This document shows, piece after piece, positions 20,514 to 30,957 of a stretch of DNA of 64,000 bases (positions are counted from its first letter, which is position 1; each line of letters begins with the position of its first letter). Below the pieces are notes generated by a model. That model was given only the letters and a program-made list of their open reading frames with translations. It was not told the origin of the DNA and made no database searches. Made by a program: the position numbers and the translations under genes. This DNA is from Cyanidioschyzon merolae (lineage: Eukaryota), in assembly GCA_000091205.1 (NCBI GenBank), contig AP006487.2; one strand, given 5' to 3'.

Positions 20514-21425
20514 ATGGTGCGCGCAGCACGCGTTCGCTTACCAGCTACCAGGGGGCAGGCAGTGCCGCACGAGCACGCTTGCGGTGAGCAGGTCTCCATG
20601 GTGCGCGTGTTTGGGAACCCCGTCGGGGGTGCGCATCAATACCGTCAGACTCAGGCGTTGAACCGCGATGAGTCTCTTAGAGAACAGCTACAAAGAACGA
20701 CTGTGGCGGAGCAGGATGAAAACATTGAGCCAGAACCTGAACGCAGTTCACCGGACGAGGCACAGTCGCGCCTCAAGTCGCTGCTGGGGAGCGTCGCACG
20801 CTCCAGTTCACTGCTCGGTCGACGCGTGGCCGGTCCGCCCGGCTCGTCGTTATCGAATCTAGCGGAGACGAGGCTTCTCACGGAAGAAGCGGCAAACAGG
20901 CCTACTGGCGCGGGACGCAGCGAACGCGTCTCAGCCGGCAGAGCGGAGCCGTTGCCACCGGGACCCACCACCGCCACTACCAACGCTGATGCGAATACAG
21001 TTCAGCGAGGGCTATCTGTGGCGAGCGCGTTTCCACCTCGAGCACCGCTGCAAGCCGCCGGTTTCACTGTCGCGCGACGGACGACACGGTCTGGTGTACA
21101 ACGCAAGCACCGCTTCCGGCCCGGATCACGTGCTATCATGGAGATTCGCAAGTTCCAACGCTCCACGGAGTTGCTGCTCCGCCGTTTACCGTTCGCGCGC
21201 CTTGTACGAGAGATTTGTGAGCGTTTGTTTGGAAGCTCCGCGTTCCGCTGGCAGGCAAGTGCGCTCGAGGCATTGCAAACCGCAGCAGAGGATTATCTCA
21301 TACACCTCTTCGAAGACAGCAATCTTTGTGCAATCCACGCTCGCCGAGTGACCATCATGCCGCGAGATATCGCCCTTGCACGAAGAATTCGTGGCTATCA
21401 TAGCGATCCGCACGGGTACCTCTGA
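20514..21425 (+). CDS. CENH3: Histone H3 variant, centromeric CenH3/CENP-A candidate (303 aa; about 190 aa divergent N-terminal tail plus histone fold)
   Basis: C-terminal about 110 aa aligns to the H3 histone fold: [35 protein letters not shown]...[45 protein letters not shown] (compare canonical H3 [35 protein letters not shown]...[33 protein letters not shown]). Loop 1 is 2 residues longer than canonical H3 ([15 protein letters not shown] against DFKTDLRFQSSAV). The N-tail is long and unalignable and the C-terminus is divergent. All are CenH3 hallmarks. Confidence 0.7.
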   Translation: MVRAARVRLPATRGQAVPHEHACGEQVSMVRVFGNPVGGAHQYRQTQALNRDESLREQLQRTTVAEQDENIEPEPERSSPDEAQSRLKSLLGSVARSSSLLGRRVAGPPGSSLSNLAETRLLTEEAANRPTGAGRSERVSAGRAEPLPPGPTTATTNADANTVQRGLSVASAFPPRAPLQAAGFTVARRTTRSGVQRKHRFRPGSRAIMEIRKFQRSTELLLRRLPFARLVREICERLFGSSAFRWQASALEALQTAAEDYLIHLFEDSNLCAIHARRVTIMPRDIALARRIRGYHSDPHGYL

Positions 21426-22746
21426 GCACGGACGCGCGGCATTTACGTTGCCCGGTGCGAATCGCACACCGAAGCCAGCCGCCTGCGCACGCAGCGTTGT
21501 GGTGCCTCTTGCCAGTGCCTATATCTGGCATGGAACTGGTGGGAGCGGCGGCGGCGGCGGCGGCGGCGCTCAAAGTGCCGATGCAGCCACGGAGACGCAA
21601 CGTGGATGTATGCGTAGATGCACCAGAATCTCACGACAAGCATGCCGCTGCGCATGCGTTCGTATGACGCCCGAACTGGAGCGTCGCTGCGGCGAATACT
21701 CACGACCTCGGGACATAGACCGATGCCTATCGCTCGACGCTAGAAGACGTGCATCTAGAACGCATCTGGTACGCGTTTGAATCCGTGGCATTTTTTGGTG
21801 ACATGATCTGGTTGAAAAGCTCGTGTGCACGAACTCTATCAGAAGCCGTCATTCAGGGCTAGCGTCATTCCAGATCATCATGCGTTTATGGCATGATGTT
21901 CATGAAACTGCAGGGCATGAACAAGTGGCTTGTGCGTTCGAATGCGGTCCGCTGCAGCCGGCGTCGTGTGCTATAAGCAAGCCGACAAGCGGATGCAGTG
22001 AATACACGTGCGCGCTCGCTGGTCTGGCGATGCAACATCGCATATGTGCAGCTCATCCCTTTTGGATTGCATGAAGCACGCGTAGAATGCGGCGCTCGCT
22101 ACCCGGATGGTGCCTGCGTACGTTGCATGCCAGCCGAGGCCACTCGACATGCAATTCGAGATGCCGGCTATCAGAAGCATGATGAGCGTCCAAAGCGCAC
22201 TGCAGAGCTCTCTTCGGGAATTTCGTCGTTCGTTGCAATCGACTTGTGCAACTTTTTTGACGCCTGCATCGTGACCAACGTTACGTATGACTATATGCAG
22301 CACCCGATTCGTTTCTGCAACAGACGGGCAACTCAGCTCTTCCGCTCTCAAGCGTGCGTCCTAACCACTCACCTCGAATATCGATTGTCGGCCGGTATCC
22401 GGTTACCGTGAACCACAGCGCATGCGGCTGACGTTGCAAAAGAAAGCTTGCGCCGCCTCTAAACCTGCAGCCGATACGCATTCTCGGTAAGTCGAGTTCG
22501 GCCAATGTGCGCTCGTCGTCAACGAATCATCGCAGCGGGCGTGCCTCTGCGACTCGACGTATACCTATACGTACGAAACGTATCACCAAACGAGATGCCA
22601 GCCGATGCACCGGACGGCGGCTTTGCACATCATCGCGTAGAACGCTCTACACACACACACCCATACACACAGAAGCAAACGCCCAGAAACATGAACAAGT
22701 AGCCGCCACCGCTTTACAGATCAAACCAACGCATCATGAACTCCCG

Positions 22747-24267
22747 TTAATGACCCTGATAGTAGTCTTTGGAATACAGCAAAAAAAGCAATGCGGGTCC
22801 AAAGAACATTCCGAACCAGAAGAAGAGGTTCGCTCCACGCCGCATGAGCGGCTTGTTCGACGTTTTCGCCGGTATGAGCTTCGCCATGTATATGAGCGGA
22901 ATCTGTAACATCATGAGCGTGAACATCCAGACCCGCACTCGCAGAAAAGTTATGCTCAGCAACATTTCATGAAAAATGGCGCTGAACAGGAACACGAACA
23001 TCTGCGCGATGGCCTTGGGATAGCGCTGCTTCACCAAACAGCGGTACACGTGCAGGTAGAGCCAGTCGTGAACTGGTCGATTCCATTTGCGGGAAAACTC
23101 GCTCAGATTGGTGCTGTTCCACCAGTCCTCGTAAAAGCGCCGATCACCGAAGTACGTCACTTCGGCAAACACGTTCAGGATCACCTCGAAGGTCACCGTG
23201 AAAAGCATTGTCCAGAGCAGCACAGCCGGTATCATGAGCTCCACGATGAACTCCACGTTCGATAGCTCGTTGACCTGTTTAAACACCGGCAGCATGGAAT
23301 AGACGACGAGCTCGTAGATGAGGAACATGCAGCCCAGTGCCTGGAGCGTGCGCCGCACCAAAAAGTCGACCCGAATGCGGGGTGAATGCGGGTAACCCTC
23401 AATGCGGTAGACCAGCGTGGGGATAACCAAAAAGTACAGGAAACGTCGCAGGCTGACGAGTTCGGGGCACAGGGACTGGCGTTCTAGTTGGACAGCGCGA
23501 ATACCAAAATAGTAGGAATGGTTTTTCAGGAGCAGCGAAAGGCTCTGAAGTCCAATGAAAAAGGCGGGTACCGGTGAAAGCGAGCGCTGAAAGAAGACCT
23601 TATAGGGCACCAAAAGATGGATGCCACAGGCGAAACGATAGAGCAACTCTCGAAGCGGAACCGATATCCAACCGTTGGCGGCGAGCCAGTGCAGGACAAA
23701 CACCGAAAAGGAGCCCACGACCATTGCGGCATAGAGTAGCAACGTGCTCACTGCGCCGTCCAGTGACCACATCAAGAACTCGAGATCCAAGGGCGGCTTC
23801 CCGCGGATATAGTTCAGCAGCAGTGGACGCAGCGCCAGTACCGCGATAATGAGAAAGAGGAGGTTGGTGAATCCCCACAGAACAGCTGTCGTCACTTCAT
23901 TATCGTCCCAAAAATCTTTCTCCGGGAGACGAGAGTTCTCCAGATGTGTCGTCACCTCTTGTATGAGCGATGGCTGCAGCTCATATTTGCCTTTGCTGGG
24001 ACGATGCCACAGCGGCGTGAAACGTCCATGCGAACCGAACGAAAATGAGCGAGGCGTTTCGAGCTCTTGCTCGGTCTCCGTATCGTGCGCAGTGCCGCCC
24101 CGCTTCACGTGCCGTGCGGCAGCGGAGGACGCTGCCTCAGTTTCGGAGGTTACGGCGAGCAGCGCGCCGAACTCTCCGGTACCGGCTGCCTCGGTGGTAT
24201 GCTCATCGGCAGTCAACACCTGGCCTGCAACTGCTGTAGAGGCAACGGAGTTCTGACGTCGACGCAT
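22747..24267 (-). CDS. DGAT1: Diacylglycerol O-acyltransferase 1-type MBOAT enzyme (DGAT1/ACAT family), 506 aa
   Basis: FGDRRFYEDWWNSTNLSEFSRKWNRPVHDWLYLH matches the DGAT1 FGDREFYRDWWNS...WNIPVHKW block. FHEMLLS contains the MBOAT catalytic His. YFLVIPTLVYRIEGYPHSPRIRVDFLVRR matches DGAT1 [28 protein letters not shown]. The C-terminus has ...KDYY. Multiple TM segments; ATG start. Confidence 0.85.
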   Translation of the reverse strand: MRRRQNSVASTAVAGQVLTADEHTTEAAGTGEFGALLAVTSETEAASSAAARHVKRGGTAHDTETEQELETPRSFSFGSHGRFTPLWHRPSKGKYELQPSLIQEVTTHLENSRLPEKDFWDDNEVTTAVLWGFTNLLFLIIAVLALRPLLLNYIRGKPPLDLEFLMWSLDGAVSTLLLYAAMVVGSFSVFVLHWLAANGWISVPLRELLYRFACGIHLLVPYKVFFQRSLSPVPAFFIGLQSLSLLLKNHSYYFGIRAVQLERQSLCPELVSLRRFLYFLVIPTLVYRIEGYPHSPRIRVDFLVRRTLQALGCMFLIYELVVYSMLPVFKQVNELSNVEFIVELMIPAVLLWTMLFTVTFEVILNVFAEVTYFGDRRFYEDWWNSTNLSEFSRKWNRPVHDWLYLHVYRCLVKQRYPKAIAQMFVFLFSAIFHEMLLSITFLRVRVWMFTLMMLQIPLIYMAKLIPAKTSNKPLMRRGANLFFWFGMFFGPALLFLLYSKDYYQGH

Positions 24268-24295
24268 TCGCGTTCAGTGACGCTCGAACCTATCC

Positions 24296-24329
24296 TGGTG
24301 GTGGTGGTGGTGGTGGTGGTGGTGGTGGT
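24296..24329. repeat. (GGT)11 microsatellite about 30 bp upstream of the DGAT1 ATG; reads (ACC)n on the gene strand
   Basis: ggtggtggtggtggtggtggtggtggtggt seen directly. Confidence 0.9.
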
Positions 24330-25091
24330 CGGACGGCTTCACGGCCCACGAGTCGTTGCTCGGCACTCGCGCTGCAGGTTCCGCCTCGAGCACGCGCAGA
24401 CCCCCTAAACGGTATTCCCCAAAGAAGATTTGCAAAAAAAGGTACACCCGTTATGTGGCGTACCAGCAGGTGCGGTCTGAAACACAACCAGCGCTCTTGA
24501 CCAGCACCGGCAACGTTCTCCGTGTTATTCGCTTTTGACAAGCGCCCTGTAACGCAAGCCGGATGTAGTACCCCAGAAGACAAACTTGAGCGAAAGCCAC
24601 AACGAGGCACGCACGCGCACAGGCCCAAGAGACACTCGGAAACGCGTTGCCCACCCACTGAGCAAAAGAAACACACACAGACAAGTTGCGTTTGGGGGAG
24701 CTCTTTCTCGAGCGCCGCTGAGCGCTACGCAGAAGCATCTCAGTAGCTCGTGCGTCGAGATGAACGCATCGCAGCTTCCGGAGCGCACCGGGGCGTGCCG
24801 CGCTGCACAGAGGGGCGGGACGCATGCGCCACATCCGCATGGGGCAATACATCCCTAAATATTCATAAAAGTTCGTTTAGTCACTGCTTCAGACACGAGA
24901 TCGACATGTCCGTTATTAACGTTTATTTCCATACATGTTCCAAAAGGACCTGAATTTAGGAAACCTGCCAGTGCGAGGCGCTGCTGCTCCGCGGCAGCGA
25001 TCGCGCCATCGCGCACAGGGTACCAGCTCGGAAGCCAAGTGCTGGAGCCGCCAAAAAAAACACAAAACACCGCCAAGACACCTGGAAACGA

Positions 25092-28000
25092 ATGAATGAT
25101 CCTGGAACGGCGAATGATCTAGAACTAGCATCACCTGTTCGCGATCTGGAGTACAAGTGGAAGCTCATTCCACTCTATCTCCAAGCACAGCCGCTCATTC
25201 GTCACCACATTGCCTCATTTAACTACTTCGTCGACACGGAGCTCAAAAAGATCGTTAAATGGAACGGCTACGTAACCAGTGAAGCTTCATCACAATGGTT
25301 TCTCAAGTACCTGGATATACGGGTCGGTACGCCCAGCGTCTATGAGCACGTTGACGTGCAGCGACCGCTGACACCGCACCAGTGTCGCGTCAGCGACCTC
25401 ACCTACGCTGCGCCAATCTTCGTCGATATTGAGCACTATCACTGCGGTCGGCGCGAAACGGTATCGAACTTGTTCATAGGTTACTTACCGATCATGCTGC
25501 GCTCTTCGCGTTGCTGCCTCCTGCAGGCTCGCAGCGACACCGAGCTTGCGGAGCGCTTCCGTGAGTGCCCGCTCGACCCCGGCGGCTACTTCATTGTGCG
25601 TGGCGCAGAACGTGTCATCGTCATCCAGGAGCAACTCTGTAAGAATCGCATGTTGATTGAGCTCGATTCGCGCGGCGACCTGTGTGCGACGGTGACGAGT
25701 TCCACTGCGGAGCGCAAGTCACGCACTGCGGTTGTTTACCGGGGTGAGCGTCTCTTTCTGCGGCATAACACCTTGACGGAGGATATTCCGATCGTGGTGA
25801 TCTTCCGCGCCATGGGCATACGGAGTGCAGCAGAGCAGGTTGCGCTCATCAGTTGGGATGCATCGCTGTTGGAGCCGTCGCTAGAGCACGCCGAAAGACT
25901 CGGCGTGCACTCGGCAAGCGATGCCCTGCGCTACATAGGGCAGCGCCTGCGTTCGTTGAGCCGCCTGTATGCGTGGCGAAGTGCGGAGATAGCTACCGAG
26001 CAACGCCAACGACGGAAACCGAGCCTAGAAGAGGAAGCTCGTGCGCTACTTCGGACCCTCGTGCTCCCGCACATCCCCTGTGACGGCATCGATTTTAGCG
26101 ACAAGTGTCTATATCTCGCACTGATGATTCGAGGTGTCCTGGCGGCCAAGGCGAATCCAGAGAGCCTCGATGACAAGGACTATTATGGGAACAAACGGCT
26201 AGAGCTTGCGGGTCCCTTGTTGGCGTTGCTCTTCGAGGACCTGTTCAAGAAGCTGAATGCGGATATCCGCCGGCACGCGGATCAGGTGCTCGCGAAGCCC
26301 AGTCGAACGCAGGACTTTGACGTGACGCGCTGTATACGCAGCGAAACCATTAGCCACGGATTTGAACACGCCCTCAGCTCGGGAAACTGGGCGCTGAAAC
26401 GGTTCCGTATGGAGCGGCAAGGCGTCACGCAGGTGCTCAGTCGACTCAGCTACGTCGCTGTCATCGGGATGATGAGCAGAATCACCTCGCAGTTCGAGAA
26501 GACGCGCAAAATTAGCGGACCACGGGCTTTACAACCTAGCCAATGGGGTATGGTCTGCCCGTGTGATACCCCCGAGGGTGAATCCTGCGGCCTCGTCAAG
26601 AATCTGGCGTTGCTGGCCGACGTTACCACCGAGGAAGAGGATACGGCGGTGCGTCGCCTGGTGTACGACCTGGGTACGCAGGATATCCGAGCCCTCGCCG
26701 ATTACGACTTGGCAAGTAGCGAAAGCTGGCGCTCCGCGTCTGGTGACGGCCTCCGACCTGCCGGGGCGCCCGATGCCGATGAACGGCCGGCTTTGGTGTT
26801 TGTGAATGGTCTTCTGCTGGGTATGCACCTGCATCCCAGCGCGCTCACTGAACAGTTACGAGCGCATCGCCAGCGCGGGGCCCTGGGTGCTTTTCTTTCC
26901 ATATGGGAAAGCTCAACGCGGGCATGGCGAGCTGTGCACGTCGCCACGGATGCTGGACGCGTTTGTCGACCGCTTCTCGTCGTAGATCGTGAACGGGGGA
27001 CGCTGCGACTCCAGCGTCGCCACCTGGAGGACCTGGAACTCGGGCTCTTGCGTTGGGAAGACCTCCTCCAGCAAGGTATTGTAGAATATCTGGATCCGAA
27101 TGAAGAGAACGACGCGCTGATCGCTCTCGATATTGCGCAGTTACAACAGGACGATCGACAGCAGGAACAAGAGCAGCGTTTAACGCAAAAAACGAATCGT
27201 TATACGCACTTGGAAATATCGCCAGAGAGCATTCTAGGTGCTTGTGCGGGTCTGATTCCGTTCGCAAACCATAACCAGTCACCTCGCAACACCTATCAGT
27301 GTGCCATGAGCAAACAGGCTATCGGTGCAATGGCCTATAATCAGCATCTACGAACGGATGCACTGCTTTATCTGCTGAACTATCCCCAGCGACCCCTGGT
27401 CCAGACACGAGCAGTAGAGTTTACGCACTATCATCGACTACCCGGTGGACAGAACGCTGTCGTGGCAGTCATGTCGTACAGCGGATACGACATCGAGGAT
27501 GCCCTGGTCGTGAACAGGGCCAGTGTGGATCGCGGCCTGGGGCGTTGCACGGTGCTGCGCAAGTACCCCGTGAGCCTGCGCGTCTACCCAAACGGCACTC
27601 GTGACACCATTGAACCGGCAATGACAACGACAACGACGACGACAACACCGACCGTGGCCTACACAACTGCCACCGAGGGTGCCCCGGGCACCACTGCCTC
27701 CATATCTGTGACGGGGGTGCGTTCGACGTCCGGCCAGGAACCCGAGCTCGCCGCCGAACGCAGACGACGCTATCTAGAGCAAGCACTCGATAGCGACGGT
27801 ATCGTTGCTCCGGGTATGCCGCTGCCGCCGGGGGCAATCCTGGTCAACAAGGTGATGCCGACCGAGACGCTGCACCAGCCGTTGCTGCGTTCCGGACCAG
27901 AGTCGCAGGCAGGTCATTCCACAGCGCTCACTGCTGGTGCTGCTGCTGGTGCTGCTGCTGCTGCTGCTGCTGGCACTACAGGAACCCAACGAGATGCCGC

Positions 28001-28901
28001 TGGCTCTCTCGCCTCTAGTTGGCAACGCTCGCTTCGACGACCGGCACCGGCGGTTTATCGAGCGCCGGGCGGTGCCGGTGTCGTTGATCAGGTGCTCGTC
28101 ACACAGGATCAGAATGACCTGCGCCTCATCAAAGTCATGGTGCGGCAAACGCGTCGAGTCGTTGAGGGTGACAAGTACGCTTCTCGTTTCGGTCAAAAGG
28201 GCGTCGTTGGACTGATTCCCCCTGAAACCGACTTGCCATGGCACGGCAACAGCGGCATACGCCCAGACATTGTGTTCAATCCGCACGGTATGCCGTCGCG
28301 GATGACAGTTGGCAAGGTGTTCGAGTTGATCGCGGGCAAAGCGGCAGCTCTTGACGGGTGTTTGCGCGACGCAACCGCTTTTGTGGAACGCACCGGACTC
28401 GATAGCACCGAGGCTTGCGCCGAAGTGCTCCTTCGTTCGGGCTACTCTTACGCCGGCCGCGACCTGCTGTATTCCGGCATCACCGGGGAGCCGCTCGCTG
28501 CGCACGTCTTTTTTGGACCGATCTACTATCAACGCCTGAAACATATGGCAGTGGATAAGTGCTTCGGGCGGGCACGAGGGCCTCGTGCGGTGCTCACGCG
28601 CCAGCCCACGGAGGGTCGCAGTCGCGACGGCGGTCTCCGACTCGGTGAAATGGAACGCGACTCGCTGTTGGGTCACGGGGCGAGTTTGTTAGTGCTCGAG
28701 CGTCTCATGTACAGTTCGGACGCCTTTACGGCTTTTGTGTGTGAGTCGTGCGGGTATCTGGGCGCCAGAGACTGGTGTCAGGTTTGCCGTCGAGGGGATG
28801 CGATGCAGCGAGTCCTGTTACCGTATGCCTGCAAACTTTTGTTCCAGGAGTTACAAGCGATGAACATTGTAACCAAGCTGCGACTTGGAGAGGCTGCTTG
28901 A
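25092..28901 (+). CDS. RPC2: DNA-directed RNA polymerase III second-largest subunit (RPC2/POLR3B orthologue), 1269 aa, with low-complexity inserts
   Basis: The N-terminus [58 protein letters not shown] matches POLR3B [90 protein letters not shown] matches [32 protein letters not shown]. The C-terminal zinc ribbon and tail ...[23 protein letters not shown] match ...[23 protein letters not shown]. Single ORF, ATG start. Confidence 0.95.
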   Translation: [1269 protein letters not shown]

Positions 28902-29092
28902 GCCGCCTTGGCGACACGCGCCAGCCGGGAAGCTTTTGCTGTCGCATGTGACAGCGCCAGTGGCTCGCGGTTGTACGCGGGAGCGACTGTCCGTCGAGTG
29001 TCTTGTGCGGGGGCGTCCCAGGTCAGCGCGGCAGTCGATTGTGGCCTGCGTCGTGGTTAGATAATGGCGATACTCGATAGCCAGTGGCGATC

Positions 29093-30136
29093 TCATGGCG
29101 AGGGTCGCTCAACGAAGTAGTGTCGCCGCGCCCATTCGGTATCGCTCGGCGCGTACGGTAGACTTGTCAGGGCAGCATCATGAGCCGCACAGTAGTATCC
29201 AAAGACCGCTCGGTCGTCTGGATCGAACAAGAGGTGCCACGACGCTGGTGTTTTGGCGTTGGCCTCACGTGGCACTGTGCGTTCAAGGGGTATCGGGTTG
29301 GCGTTCGCCGCTGCGGCTATGCCGAGCGCGTTCGTGGCACCTGGGGCGCTGCAAGGCGGTGTCATGCGCTCGACACAGGGCGCAAACGGCGCTCGACCGC
29401 GAACAGGTCGTGTCCGCTGACGCCGGCCCTGTGCTGCCGCCGAGCGAGGTGGCTGGATATTGACGGAAGAGCCGGAACCGGATCGAAGCGCGACCGGCAG
29501 CGCTGGTGTTCGCTCGGCGCCCGTCCAAGGGGGCGCTCCTGCTCCTGTTGCTACATCTACGGACGTCCGGTGCAGCGACGGCAGGCTGGACGCATCCATT
29601 GCGAGCTTGGCGTCGATGTCGCTGCCGGTGTGGTGGAGGCGCTTCTTGTAGCGTACACCACAGGCGTTACAGAGCGACTTGGGCCCGGCGGGTCCAGAGC
29701 GCCATAGTGGTGTCACGGTGGCACCGCACTGGGCACAACGACGAACCGTTCCAGCATTCACGAACAGATGACTGCCTCCAGCGGAATTCAGGGTGGTTGT
29801 CGTTGTCGCCGTTGTGGCGTCGTCGATCCATGCGACGGGGCTAGACTTGAGCGCAGAGCGTGCAGGGAACGTTGCCGCAGGTCGTCGTCCGCGTTTGATC
29901 ATGCAGCGTTTTGTGGTCAGCAGTTCGTAGTTGAGCGCGTTACCCCAATCATTCCATGAACTTGCACATGGTTGGTGCCCAGAATCTGCCTTGCCCTTAA
30001 AAGCGGCTAAAGCTCCGCGCCAGGAACCTACGTGACGCTCCAGACTGTCTTCCGTCTCGCTCGTACACTGCTCTGGGGTTCGGTCGTCCTCATCCGAGGT
30101 AACTGCGTCCGGTAAGCTGTCCACGTGGCAACTCAT
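29093..30136 (-). CDS. GATA-type zinc-finger transcription factor (about 347 aa from the first ATG)
   Basis: [32 protein letters not shown] is a C-x2-C-x18-C-x2-C GATA finger followed by a basic tail. The ORF-track start at 30175 is TTG. The first in-frame ATG is 13 codons downstream, about 30136. Confidence 0.75.
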   Translation of the reverse strand: MSCHVDSLPDAVTSDEDDRTPEQCTSETEDSLERHVGSWRGALAAFKGKADSGHQPCASSWNDWGNALNYELLTTKRCMIKRGRRPAATFPARSALKSSPVAWIDDATTATTTTTLNSAGGSHLFVNAGTVRRCAQCGATVTPLWRSGPAGPKSLCNACGVRYKKRLHHTGSDIDAKLAMDASSLPSLHRTSVDVATGAGAPPWTGAERTPALPVALRSGSGSSVNIQPPRSAAAQGRRQRTRPVRGRAPFAPCVERMTPPCSAPGATNALGIAAAANANPIPLERTVPREANAKTPASWHLLFDPDDRAVFGYYCAAHDAALTSLPYAPSDTEWARRHYFVERPSP

Positions 30137-30506
30137 AGGCAAAAGCACACGCGCGCTGCGTTTCAGCGCTGTCAAGTGAGGCGTACTACCGCCAAACGGA
30201 GGAATAGCGCCAGACGCCGCGTGCGCCCGGCGGAGAGCACTCGCCTCCGACGCGTTTCCCCTCAGAGACTCTCCGAAGTTTCGTCACCGAGAGTACGCCT
30301 CACACCCCGAGTGCCGTATACAATACACCAAGTTTTCTCAAGTTCCTTATGCGCTGCGATAGCGTCTTGTGGTGTCACGCCCCAGCACTGCTTCGAAGCG
30401 TACCACCGCAGTGAGTGGACGCGATCCCAGGGAGGCGGCAGATGCAGCGCGCACGTATCTCGCGCGTCCAGATGAACGGCGCCTGCGTGCATCTCCGGGG
30501 CCATGC

Positions 30507-30535
30507 GTGTCTGCGTGCGTGCGTGCGTGCGTGCA
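30507..30535. repeat. (GCGT)n tetranucleotide microsatellite in the divergent intergenic region between the GATA and MIT genes
   Basis: gtctgcgtgcgtgcgtgcgtgcgtgcat seen directly. Confidence 0.85.
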
Positions 30536-30957
30536 TTCGAAACCCTTTTGGCGCCAAATTTGGAGCGTGCGTGCCACCGGACACCAAATTAAAACCTGAA
30601 TCTTTCTGTATATATCTGGATAAGAAGGACACTTCCAATGGAGATGCGCGCACCTTGCCGGCTGCGACTTCTCTGCAGCGCCCTCGCCCGAGTGCCGAGC
30701 GCCTCCATCCGGGCCATCTCCGTCGCGTCCTGCCTCCGCATGGCGCCCGCAGCGGCGTATCCAGTGTGGCAGGGCGCGCGCGCCCGCAGTAGACGCCGCA
30801 CACGTCCAGTTGCTGGATCGATCAGGCTGCTGTTCAAGATGAACGGACTGCTCTGGAGCCTGCCAATTCCAGGAGCGCCTCTGCGCGGGCATCGCGCTGG
30901 TCTCGCGGTGTCCCGCCAAGCAGCGCACAGCCTCGGCGTATCTGCTGGGTGCGGCGG

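Noticed and set aside
30137-30175. Extended N-terminus of the GATA factor from the ORF-track start
   Set aside because: The track start codon there is TTG. The first ATG is 13 codons downstream. Similar GTG/TTG track starts were trimmed for the CCCH, MIT, B56-2, acyltransferase and PDF genes.
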